From the NCBI GenBank assembly GCA_016928765.1, contig JAFGKC010000177.1:1-38756 (forward strand): 38,756 bases of DNA, written 5' to 3'. Positions 1-7,328 of the stretch are shown here, one piece after another; the stretch's first letter is position 1, and each line of letters starts with the position of its first letter. The notes beneath the pieces are model-generated. The model was not told the origin of the DNA. It ran no database searches and saw only the letters and a program-made list of their open reading frames with translations. Made by a program: the position numbers and the translations under genes. This stretch comes from Syntrophaceae bacterium (GTDB taxonomy: Bacteria; Desulfobacterota; Syntrophia; Syntrophales; Smithellaceae).

Positions 1-177
1 CCCGTGGACGTAAAAAACGCCGCGGCGTTGGGAATCGCTACCGAAGCGAAAGCTAAAATAGCCAAAACAATTCCGCCCCCGGCCAGACCTCCCGGAAAGA
101 TTGTGTGTGGAGACGAACCGGAACAGAAAGCGGCGGAAGTAGCCCGTTTGCTCAGAGAAGAAGCAAAGGTTATTTAA
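1..177 (+). CDS. etfB: Electron transfer flavoprotein beta subunit, C-terminal fragment (5' end outside window)
   Basis: Frame 1 is open from base 1 to TAA at 175-177 (PVDVKNAAALGIATEAKAKIAKTIPPPARPPGKIVCGDEPEQKAAEVARLLREEAKVI*). It ends 23 nt before etfA, with a GGAGG SD in between, in the canonical etfB-etfA order. It is absent from the ORF track because it has no start within the window. Confidence 0.7.
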   Translation, partial: PVDVKNAAALGIATEAKAKIAKTIPPPARPPGKIVCGDEPEQKAAEVARLLREEAKVI

Positions 178-200
178 TTTAAGAAGCGGAGGATTGAAAA

Positions 201-1172
201 ATGGCAAAAGGAGTAATGATAGTTGCAGAACAGCGCGAAGGCGCGTTGAGGAAAATAAGCCTGGAGCTGGCTTCTACCGCCCGCAAACTGGCTGACCAAA
301 GCGGTGATGAAGTAAGCGCCGTTTTGCTTGGTTCCGGTGTGGAAGGCCTCGCTGCCGAACTGGGAAAATATGGTGTGGATAAAGTATTCGTGGGTGACAA
401 CGCGGCGCTCGAACCTTATGTCACGGAAGCGCACGCCGATGTTACCGCCAAAATAATAAAAGACAACGATCCGGCAATCGTTCTTTTCGGCGCGTCGGTT
501 CAGGGCAAGGATTTGTCCGCGCGCGTGGCCGCCAAACTGGCCACGGGGCTCGCCACTGACTGCACCGATGTAAAAGTCGACGGCGGCAAAATGATTTGCA
601 CCCGTCCGATGTACGCGGGAAAATGTTTTGGCGAAGTGGCCTTCAATGTCAGCCCGGCAATGGCCTCGCTGCGTCCCAATGTGTTTCCGGCGACCGAAAA
701 CGCCAAAGCCGGCGCGGTAACAAAAGTGGATGTGGCGGTTGACGCGCAGAAAAGCAAGGTTCTGGAAGTGCAGAAAGACACCAGCGGTAAAGTGGATTTG
801 ACCGAAGCCAACGTGATTGTTTCCGGCGGCCGAGGCATGAAAGGGCCGGAAGGCTTCGGCATTCTGGAAGAACTGGCGGGCGTGCTCAAAGGAACAGTCG
901 GAGCTTCCCGCGCGGCAGTGGATGCCGGATGGCGCGAACAGAAAGACCAGGTGGGACAGACGGGAAAAGTTGTATCTCCTAACCTGTATGTTGCCTGCGG
1001 TATTTCCGGCGCGATTCAGCATCTGGCAGGCATGAGCTCTTCCAAATGCATCGTCGCCATCAACAAAGACGCGGAAGCGCCTATTTTTGCCAAAGCGGAC
1101 TATGGTGTCGTGGATGACTTATTCAAAGTCGTACCGGCCCTCACCGCTGAATGCAAAAAACTGGTAGGATAA
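201..1172 (+). CDS. etfA: Electron transfer flavoprotein alpha subunit
   Basis: 323-aa ORF with SD gcGGAGGattgaaaaATG. The C-terminal FAD-binding segment PNLYVACGISGAIQHLAGM and the overall EtfA-like sequence are recognised by eye. Confidence 0.92.
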   Translation: MAKGVMIVAEQREGALRKISLELASTARKLADQSGDEVSAVLLGSGVEGLAAELGKYGVDKVFVGDNAALEPYVTEAHADVTAKIIKDNDPAIVLFGASVQGKDLSARVAAKLATGLATDCTDVKVDGGKMICTRPMYAGKCFGEVAFNVSPAMASLRPNVFPATENAKAGAVTKVDVAVDAQKSKVLEVQKDTSGKVDLTEANVIVSGGRGMKGPEGFGILEELAGVLKGTVGASRAAVDAGWREQKDQVGQTGKVVSPNLYVACGISGAIQHLAGMSSSKCIVAINKDAEAPIFAKADYGVVDDLFKVVPALTAECKKLVG

Positions 1173-1180
1173 AAAAGTAA

Positions 1181-1256
1181 AGGCTGAAGATGAAGGCCAA
1201 AGGTGAAGCCCCGCCCACTATGGCGGGGCGGAATCCGGCGGATGCCGGACTTGGGA
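1181..1256. repeat. Hairpin repeat module: 'ctgaag' A/G-rich leader, GC hairpin, then cggaatccggcgNatNccgg
   Basis: aggctgaagatgaaggccaaaggtgaag + ccccgcc(cactat)ggcgggg + cggaatccggcggatgccggac. The same modular order recurs at 5281-5365. Confidence 0.7.
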
Positions 1257-1381
1257 ATTAAGTTTTTAGGTTGAGGACTAAAAAAATTATTTGGTTCTCA
1301 GCCTAAAAGCAAAACACAAAAGTTATAAATTTTTTAAGCATTAAATTAATTACCCCCTTTTTTCTGTTATTTGGAGGACCA

Positions 1382-3538
1382 ATGGAACACAATATTAGCC
1401 CAATAGGAGTAGGAAACGAAGGACGTCAGGTTTTCTGGAACGCGGAAAGTTTTGAAATTTTACTTTTTGTTTTTACCGGAATTGCCCTGGCAATTTTTTT
1501 CTACGGCGTTTACCGCCGCTGGAAAATGTGGAAAGCGATGGGGCAGGATGAAATCCGCTGGGATCAGCTTCCCCAGAGATTGAAGTCATTATTTGTTAAC
1601 GGATTTTTACAGGTAAAAACGTGGAAAGACGCTTATCCCGGCATTATGCACGGTTTGATATTTTTCGGCTTCTTCGTTTTGATTTTCGGAGCCGCTTTTG
1701 ACGCCGGTGAATTTCACATTACAGAGCCGTTTTTTGACTGGGCTTTTCTGCGGGGCGATTTTTACCTGGGATTCTCCTTTATGATGGATTTGTTCGGCCT
1801 GTTTGTCCTTATTGGAGTGCTGATGGCCGCGTTTCGCCGTTACATTCAGAAACCGGAGCGTCTGGCATATAAGGGAAAACCAGATAATGCTGCCGATGAC
1901 GCTATTGGCCTTTTACTGATTGGCGCCATCATCGTCACCGGTTTTATCATTGAAGCGCTGCGTATTCATGTAACCAGAGATCCTTCCACCGGATACGCGA
2001 TGTGGGAAACATGGTCTTTTGTCGGCTGGACACTGGCTTCCGTGTTTTCCGGAATGGACCCGGAAACGGCAAAATTGTGGCACAAGATAAGCTGGTGGAC
2101 GCATACTTTTATCGCGTTGGGATTTATCGCCTACATTCCTTATTCGCGGATGATTCACATGATTACCACCCCCGCGAACCATTTCCTCGCCTCGCTCAAG
2201 CCCACAGGCTATCAGGAACCCATTCGTGATTTTGAAAACGCGGAATCATTCGGCGTTTCCAAGCTGGAAGAATTCACCTGGAAACAGATTTTTGACGCTG
2301 ACGCCTGCACCAAGTGCGGACGCTGTCAGGACGGCTGCCCGGCATATCTCTCCGGAAAGCATTTGTCCCCGAAGAAATTAATCCAGGATATCAAAACGCA
2401 CTGGCTGGAAAAAGCTCCCGCGGCACTCAAAGCCAAGGCGAAAGCCGCCCCGGAAGGAGCACAAGCACCGGCTGAAGCACCCGAAGGCGCAACGGCGGAA
2501 AAGGCTTTGATTGGCGAGGTTGTAGATCTGCATGAACTGTGGGATTGCACCAACTGTATGTACTGTATGGAAAACTGCCCCGCTTCTATCGAGCATGTGC
2601 CAAAGATTATCGATATGCGCCGTTACAAGGTTCTTACCGAAGCTGATTTCTCACCGGAACTGCAGTTGACTTACCGCAACATGGAAAACAACTCCAACCC
2701 GTGGGGCATCGGAGCGCACACACGCGGCGACTGGGCTAAAGAAATGGGTGTAAAAACACTTGCGGAAGATCCCAATGTTGAATATTTATTCTACGTTGGC
2801 TGTTCCGGTTCGTTTGACGACCGCGGCAAAAAAGTTTCCTCCGCGCTCGCAAAAATCCTGCAGGCAGCGGGCGTGAGCTTTGGCATTCTGGGCAACGAGG
2901 AAGGATGCTGTGGCGATTCGGCGATGCGCGGCGGCAATGAGTATCTATTCCAGACTCAGGCGCAGGCCAATATCGAAATAATGAACGGTTATGGCGTAAA
3001 AAAAATCATCGCCATCTGTCCGCACGGCTATAACGCGCTGAAAAAGGATTACCCGAACTTCGGGGGAAATTTTGAGGTCTATCATCACACGGAAATTATC
3101 GCTGACCTCCTGGCCAAGGGAAAAATAACTTTGAAACAGCCGTTGAACGGATCGTTTACTTATCATGATTCTTGTTTCCTTGGGCGTTACAACAACATCT
3201 ACAAACAGCCCCGTCAGATTCTCAAATCCATCGGTGGCGTGAAGCTTGTGGAAATGGAGCGCAATCTAAGTAAGAGCTTCTGCTGCGGCGCCGGCGGCGC
3301 GAGAATGTGGATGGAAGAAGAAGGCGAACGCATCAATAACATGCGGACGGATCAGGCCGCGGCGACAAACGCGGGCACCGTGGCGGTTGCCTGCCCCTTC
3401 TGCCTGACCATGTTCTCCGACGGCATCAAAGACAGAAACTTATCGGAAAAAATGGTTGCTCTGGACGTATCGGAAATCGTTCTGAAGGCCATGGGCGTCG
3501 AAGAATACAAGGCTCCCGAAGAAACTTGCAGAGTCTGA
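1382..3538 (+). CDS. Membrane-anchored FeS / CCG-domain oxidoreductase, EtfAB-associated (HdrD/DsrK-like, 'EMO'-type)
   Basis: 718 aa. The N-terminal ~260 aa contain several hydrophobic helices. There are two 4Fe-4S motifs, CTKCGRCQDGCP and CTNCMYCMENCP, and C-terminal cysteine-rich CCG-type motifs (EGCCGD, FCCGAGG, CPFC). SD tttGGAGGaccaATG. It lies directly downstream of etfBA. Confidence 0.85.
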   Translation: MEHNISPIGVGNEGRQVFWNAESFEILLFVFTGIALAIFFYGVYRRWKMWKAMGQDEIRWDQLPQRLKSLFVNGFLQVKTWKDAYPGIMHGLIFFGFFVLIFGAAFDAGEFHITEPFFDWAFLRGDFYLGFSFMMDLFGLFVLIGVLMAAFRRYIQKPERLAYKGKPDNAADDAIGLLLIGAIIVTGFIIEALRIHVTRDPSTGYAMWETWSFVGWTLASVFSGMDPETAKLWHKISWWTHTFIALGFIAYIPYSRMIHMITTPANHFLASLKPTGYQEPIRDFENAESFGVSKLEEFTWKQIFDADACTKCGRCQDGCPAYLSGKHLSPKKLIQDIKTHWLEKAPAALKAKAKAAPEGAQAPAEAPEGATAEKALIGEVVDLHELWDCTNCMYCMENCPASIEHVPKIIDMRRYKVLTEADFSPELQLTYRNMENNSNPWGIGAHTRGDWAKEMGVKTLAEDPNVEYLFYVGCSGSFDDRGKKVSSALAKILQAAGVSFGILGNEEGCCGDSAMRGGNEYLFQTQAQANIEIMNGYGVKKIIAICPHGYNALKKDYPNFGGNFEVYHHTEIIADLLAKGKITLKQPLNGSFTYHDSCFLGRYNNIYKQPRQILKSIGGVKLVEMERNLSKSFCCGAGGARMWMEEEGERINNMRTDQAAATNAGTVAVACPFCLTMFSDGIKDRNLSEKMVALDVSEIVLKAMGVEEYKAPEETCRV

Positions 3539-3566
3539 TATGATTTTGCTACATAATTGAAAAAAA

Positions 3567-3600
3567 AGCCCGCCTGATTTTTTATCGGCGGGCTTTTTTG
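3567..3600 (+). terminator. Rho-independent terminator after the FeS oxidoreductase gene
   Basis: 8-bp GC stem agcccgcc (3567-3574) / ggcgggct (3587-3594), 12-nt loop, followed by a T tract running through 3599. An A-tract upstream makes it potentially bidirectional. Confidence 0.8.
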
Positions 3601-3651
3601 TGGAAAAAACACTTAAAGTGAGGTAACTAAATTAATCCTATCTCTTTTTCT

Positions 3652-4112
3652 GTATCCTCCGCTGGCGGAGGTGTCACGAAGTGACGGAGGTGGAAATGAA
3701 TAAAGCTTCGCATTACAATTACGCTTATAATAAAAATCTGCAACCTCTGGCGAAGCGACTCAGAAATAATTTTACAAAGGCTGAGGCGTCTTTATGGAAA
3801 TACGTTCTGAAAGCAAATCAATTAAAGGGATATAGTTTCCGAAGACAAAGGCCTGTGCTACACTATATCGCTGATTTCTTCTGCAAGAAATTGATGTTGA
3901 TTATTGAAGTCGACGGGATCACGCATGATAATAATGCAGCAATTAATAAAGATAAACAGCGTGAAAATAATCTTGCTAAAGCCGGATTTAAAGTTGTTCG
4001 TTTTGCTGACGAAGAAGTGTTGAAAAATATTGCTGGAGTTAAAGCCGCATTGGAAAGCATTATCAATGAAATAGAAAAATCCACCCCCTTAATCCCCCGC
4101 CAGCGGGGGACA
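3652..4112 (+). mobile_element. Hairpin-bounded unit carrying the DUF559 ORF (putative selfish/cassette-like element; mobility unproven)
   Basis: The left arm gtatcctccgctggcggaggtgtcacgaagtgacggaggtggaa (3652-3695) and the right arm agaaaaatccacccccttaatcccccgccagcgggggaca (4073-4112) are the same arms that bound the ORF-less copies at 4227-4431 and 5407-5602. The outer hairpins are imperfect inverted copies of each other (14/16). Confidence 0.35.
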
Positions 4113-4169
4113 GGAAAAAATAGTTTAAGACAAAAGGTGTCTTTCCTCCGCGGGTGCGATCTTGAGTGA
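3696..4169 (+). CDS. DUF559 domain protein (Vsr-like / PD-(D/E)xK endonuclease fold)
   Basis: The ATG at 3696 is preferred over the GTG at 3681 because GGAGGTGGAA lies directly upstream. The core ASLWKYVL...GYSFRRQRPVLHYIADFFCKKLMLIIEVDGITHD...FKVVRFADEEVL is typical of DUF559. The last ~30 codons read through the repeat hairpin (STPLIPRQRGT...), so the true C-terminus is uncertain. Confidence 0.8.
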   Translation: MNKASHYNYAYNKNLQPLAKRLRNNFTKAEASLWKYVLKANQLKGYSFRRQRPVLHYIADFFCKKLMLIIEVDGITHDNNAAINKDKQRENNLAKAGFKVVRFADEEVLKNIAGVKAALESIINEIEKSTPLIPRQRGTGKNSLRQKVSFLRGCDLE

Positions 4170-4226
4170 ATTTCCGAGAGGCGTCAGTACGGCAGGGAAC
4201 TCCAGCGCATGCAGGGTATGCCGGAT

Positions 4227-4431
4227 GTCACGAAGTGACGGAGGTGGAAAAAAGGTTAAAGTCCGAATGCGGAAGGCTGAAGGAAAATAGGCGGGATAAA
4301 GCTTCTATCTTTCCCCCTGTGGGGCGTACCTCTTATTATCCCCTCTGGAGGGGGTGCAGGGGGAGGAAATTAATGAAGCGCTATTTTTGCAGAAAAAATC
4401 CATCCCTTTTATCCCCCGCCAGCGGGGGACA
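4227..4431 (+). repeat. ORF-less copy of the hairpin-bounded unit (left arm truncated)
   Basis: gtcacgaagtgacggaggtggaa at 4227-4249, internal hairpin modules, and a ~132-nt module at 4303-4434 that ends in the right arm ...tcccccgccagcgggggaca. Confidence 0.7.
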
Positions 4432-4477
4432 AAAGATAAAGCTTCTTGACATTACTTATTTAAAGAAAGGAGAAAAC

Positions 4478-5260
4478 ATGGAATACAAAAACATTCTTTT
4501 AAACATCGAGGAACATACGGCAATAATAACCTTTAACCGCCCAAAAGTTCTCAACGCCATGAATTATGAGGTGGTGACCGAAATTTACGATGCCGTTAAT
4601 TTCTGCGCCAAAAACGAAGACGTCCGGGCGCTGATTTTTACCGGCGCGGGAGATAAGGCGTTTGTTGCCGGAGCTGACATTTCCCAGATGCAGAACGCCA
4701 AGCTCGTGGATATTCTGGAAATGATGGAAATGGGACACAAAACGATGCGCCTTATTGAAACGCTGCCCAAACCTTCCATTGCCGCGGTAAACGGCTTCGC
4801 CCTGGGCGGAGGAACAGAAATCTCCCTGGCCTGCGATATCCGCTTTGCTTCGGAGAAAGCCGTGTTTGGCCAACCCGAAATTCTCATCGGCATCATCCCC
4901 GGCTGGGGCGGCACGCAGCGTTTGTCGCGCCTTGTAGGCATGGGCCTGGCCAAGGAAATTATTCTTACCGGCGCGCAGATAAACGCGGCGCGTGCCTACG
5001 AAATCGGCCTGGTCAACAAAATTTTCCCGGCAGACAAATTGATGGAAGAGACAAAAAAATTCGCGCAGAAATTTGCCGCCCTTCCCGCCTTCGCCCTGAA
5101 GATGGCGAAAAACGCGATGAACTACGGCTTTGACATGTCGCTGGATAATGCTTCAGCGCTGGAGATCGGCGCTATCGCGCAATGCTTCGCCACCGAAGAC
5201 CAGAAGGAAGGAATGAGCGCTTTTCTGGAAAAAAGAAAACCGAACTTTAAGGGGAGATAG
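4478..5260 (+). CDS. Enoyl-CoA hydratase (crotonase family)
   Basis: Internal ATG at 4478 with SD aaAGGAGaaaacATG. MEYKNILLNIEEHTAIITFNRPKVLNAMN...FVAGADI...GFALGGGTEISLACDIRFAS...FGQPEILIGIIPGWGGTQRL is a classic crotonase. The 104 upstream codons of track ORF 4166-5260 are translated repeat DNA. Confidence 0.9.
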   Translation: MEYKNILLNIEEHTAIITFNRPKVLNAMNYEVVTEIYDAVNFCAKNEDVRALIFTGAGDKAFVAGADISQMQNAKLVDILEMMEMGHKTMRLIETLPKPSIAAVNGFALGGGTEISLACDIRFASEKAVFGQPEILIGIIPGWGGTQRLSRLVGMGLAKEIILTGAQINAARAYEIGLVNKIFPADKLMEETKKFAQKFAALPAFALKMAKNAMNYGFDMSLDNASALEIGAIAQCFATEDQKEGMSAFLEKRKPNFKGR

Positions 5261-5280
5261 GCGAAAGGGTGACGGGTGGA

Positions 5281-5365
5281 AGGCTAAAGACTGAAGACTG
5301 AAGGCGAAGTCCCGCGAATGCGGGATGAAACGCGGAATCCGGCGTATCCGGCATGCGCCGGAGTT
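5281..5365. repeat. Hairpin repeat module (second copy of the 1181-1256 type)
   Basis: aggctaaagactgaagactgaaggcgaag + tcccgc(gaat)gcggga + ...cgcggaatccggcgtatccggcatgcgccgga. Confidence 0.7.
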
Positions 5366-5406
5366 CCTGCCGGACTGAAGGTGGAGAGCAACGTCGTTCG
5401 CGAAGC

Positions 5407-5602
5407 GTATCCTCCGCTGGCGGAGGTGTCGCAAAGCGACGGAGGTGGAAAAGCTGAAGACTGAAGGACATTTCTATCTGTCCCCCTCTGGGGCGTACCT
5501 CTAATTATCCCCCTCTGGAGGGGGCGCAGGGGGAGGAAATTAACGAAGCGCTATTTTTGCAGAAAAAATCCACCCCCTTAATTCCCCCGCCGGCGGGGGA
5601 CA
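5407..5602 (+). repeat. ORF-less (MITE-like) copy of the hairpin-bounded unit
   Basis: The left arm at 5407-5450 differs from 3652-3695 at 3 of 44 positions. The right arm at 5561-5602 is present. The interior is ~110 nt of short hairpins in place of DUF559. Confidence 0.75.
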
Positions 5603-5634
5603 AGAAAAATAGGCCGAAGACCAAAGGAGATTGA

Positions 5635-7272
5635 ATGTCATTACATCTGAAAAAATTACAGAATTTTCCGGGCAGAAAAGGCCCTCTGCTTCTGATTATC
5701 ATGGATGGCATCGGCATCGGCAAACCGGATGAAACCAATGCCGTCTGGCTTGCCAATACACCTAACCTTGATAAATTGTTCAAATCAGAGCTTTACACTG
5801 AGCTTAACGCCCACGGCACGGCGGTCGGTCTGCCGTCGGACGACGATATGGGCAACAGCGAAGTGGGGCACAACGCCATCGGCGCTGGACGAGTCTTTGA
5901 CCAGGGCGCGCGTCTCGTTAACAGGGCGCTTAAAAGCGGAGAAATCTTTAAAACAGAAACATGGGAGACAATCGCCAGACGCGCCCGAAACGGCGGGACG
6001 GTTCATTTTATCGGTCTTTTGTCCGACGGCAATGTTCATTCTCATATCGAACAGCTATATATTCTGATCGATAAGTGCGCCGAGCTGAATTTCCCGAAAG
6101 TAAAACTGCACGCGCTCTTGGACGGCAGAGATGTGGGCGAGCGCACGGCGCTGGATTATCTTCTTACCACCGAAGAAAAGCTCAAAAAAATCTCCAAAGA
6201 AAAAGGCATTGATTACGCCATCGCCTCCGGCGGCGGCCGGATGAAAGTTACGATGGACAGATATAATTCCGACTGGAATATTGTCAAGCGCGGCTGGGAT
6301 GCCCATGTTCTGGGCAGGGGCAGAATGTTTCGATCCGCGTCACAAGCCGTAAAAACTTTTTACGAGGAAGACCCGAAGGCGACGGATCAGTATCTGCCGG
6401 AATTTGTCGTCATGGACAGTATAGGCAAACCCAAAGGCACAATCAAAAACGGGGATGCCGTGGTTTTGTTCAACTTCCGCGGCGACCGCGCTATCGAGAT
6501 ATCGCGGGCATTCACCGAAAAGGATTTTACCGAATTCGACCGCGGGCCGCTGCCCGACATTTTTTACGCGGGCATGATGGAGTATGACGGCGACGCGCAT
6601 ATCCCGCCGAATTTTCTGGTACAGCCACCGGCGATCGACCGCGTGGTTACCGAATATCTTTGCGCGATGGAAGTAAAATCTTTTGCTGTTTCCGAAACTC
6701 AAAAATACGGCCATGTGACATATTTCTGGAACGGCAACCGTTCCGGCTATATCGATGAACGCCTGGAAAAATACGTGGAAATAACTTCGGATAGAATTGA
6801 ATTTGATAAAGCGCCGAAGATGAAAGCGAAAGAAATAACAGACACGGCTATTGATTTATTAAAAAGCGGCGATTACAAATTCGGCAGGCTTAATTTTCCC
6901 AACGGCGATATGGTTGGCCATACCGGTAATATGGAAGCGGCTATTGTTGCCGTCGAGACTGTGGATCGGTGCGTTGGAGAACTAGTTAATATTATTAATG
7001 AGTTAGGAGGAATCGCTGTCGTTACCGCCGATCATGGCAACGCGGATGAGATGTTCACACTCGACAAAAAAGGCAACAAATCCGCAAAGACCGCGCATAG
7101 CTTAAATCCTGTCCCTTTCATTATTTATGATTCATTATATCAGGGAGAATACCGTTTGGCGGATTTAAAAGAAAAAGGGCTATCCAATATCGCCGCGACA
7201 CTTTTGAATCTTCTGGGCTACGAAAAACCTCAAGATTATGATCCATCACTGATTGATATGATACATGGCTAA
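5635..7272 (+). CDS. gpmI: 2,3-bisphosphoglycerate-independent phosphoglycerate mutase
   Basis: 545 aa, SD ccaaAGGAGattgaATG. iPGM signatures are LLLIIMDGIGIG, GNSEVGHNAIGAGR and ADHGNADEM. Confidence 0.93.
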   Translation: MSLHLKKLQNFPGRKGPLLLIIMDGIGIGKPDETNAVWLANTPNLDKLFKSELYTELNAHGTAVGLPSDDDMGNSEVGHNAIGAGRVFDQGARLVNRALKSGEIFKTETWETIARRARNGGTVHFIGLLSDGNVHSHIEQLYILIDKCAELNFPKVKLHALLDGRDVGERTALDYLLTTEEKLKKISKEKGIDYAIASGGGRMKVTMDRYNSDWNIVKRGWDAHVLGRGRMFRSASQAVKTFYEEDPKATDQYLPEFVVMDSIGKPKGTIKNGDAVVLFNFRGDRAIEISRAFTEKDFTEFDRGPLPDIFYAGMMEYDGDAHIPPNFLVQPPAIDRVVTEYLCAMEVKSFAVSETQKYGHVTYFWNGNRSGYIDERLEKYVEITSDRIEFDKAPKMKAKEITDTAIDLLKSGDYKFGRLNFPNGDMVGHTGNMEAAIVAVETVDRCVGELVNIINELGGIAVVTADHGNADEMFTLDKKGNKSAKTAHSLNPVPFIIYDSLYQGEYRLADLKEKGLSNIAATLLNLLGYEKPQDYDPSLIDMIHG

Positions 7273-7328
7273 AAAGTGTAAATTACCTACAGCGTAATTG
7301 CCATATATTGTAATACCTCGCTAAACTG

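Noticed and set aside
174-1022. Long antisense ORFs opposite well-supported genes. Examples are 174-1022(-) opposite etfA, 8293-9149(+) opposite the thiolase, 13341-13921(+) opposite cysNC and 29168-29611(-) out of frame within wzm.
   Set aside because: These are shadow ORFs created by the codon bias of the genuine genes. Their composition is low-complexity and Arg/Ser/Ala-rich, and they contain no recognisable domains.
2429-2503. The Ala/Pro/Glu/Lys-rich stretch (KAKAKAAPEGAQAPAEAPEGATAEK) in the FeS oxidoreductase, considered as a DNA tandem repeat or insertion.
   Set aside because: There is only loose periodicity at the DNA level. It sits between the two ferredoxin-type cluster motifs (CTKCGRCQDGCP and CTNCMYCMENCP), so it is most simply a flexible low-complexity insert.
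3681-4169. DUF559 as part of a restriction-modification or other defence system.
   Set aside because: There is no methyltransferase, helicase, ATPase or other defence partner adjacent. The neighbours are metabolic genes and repeats.
4166-4477. The 104-codon N-terminal extension of track ORF 4166-5260 (MNFREASVRQGTPAHAGYAG...).
   Set aside because: It is translated hairpin-repeat DNA, the same sequence as at 5407-5604. It has no SD. The crotonase domain starts exactly at the internal ATG at 4478, which has a strong AGGAG SD.
3652-5612. Whether the recurring GC-rich hairpin repeats form a CRISPR array.
   Set aside because: The repeats are of several different types and are irregularly spaced. 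They are interleaved with real genes (DUF559, crotonase). There are no uniform repeat-spacer units and no cas genes in the window.
5153-5783. Minus-strand ORFs 5153-5434, 5247-5471 and 5505-5783, and similar small ORFs inside the repeat regions.
   Set aside because: They lie entirely in repeat DNA or overlap the ends of crotonase and gpmI. Their peptides (PPAEDTL..., GGIKGVDFF...) are simply translated hairpins. There are no SDs.
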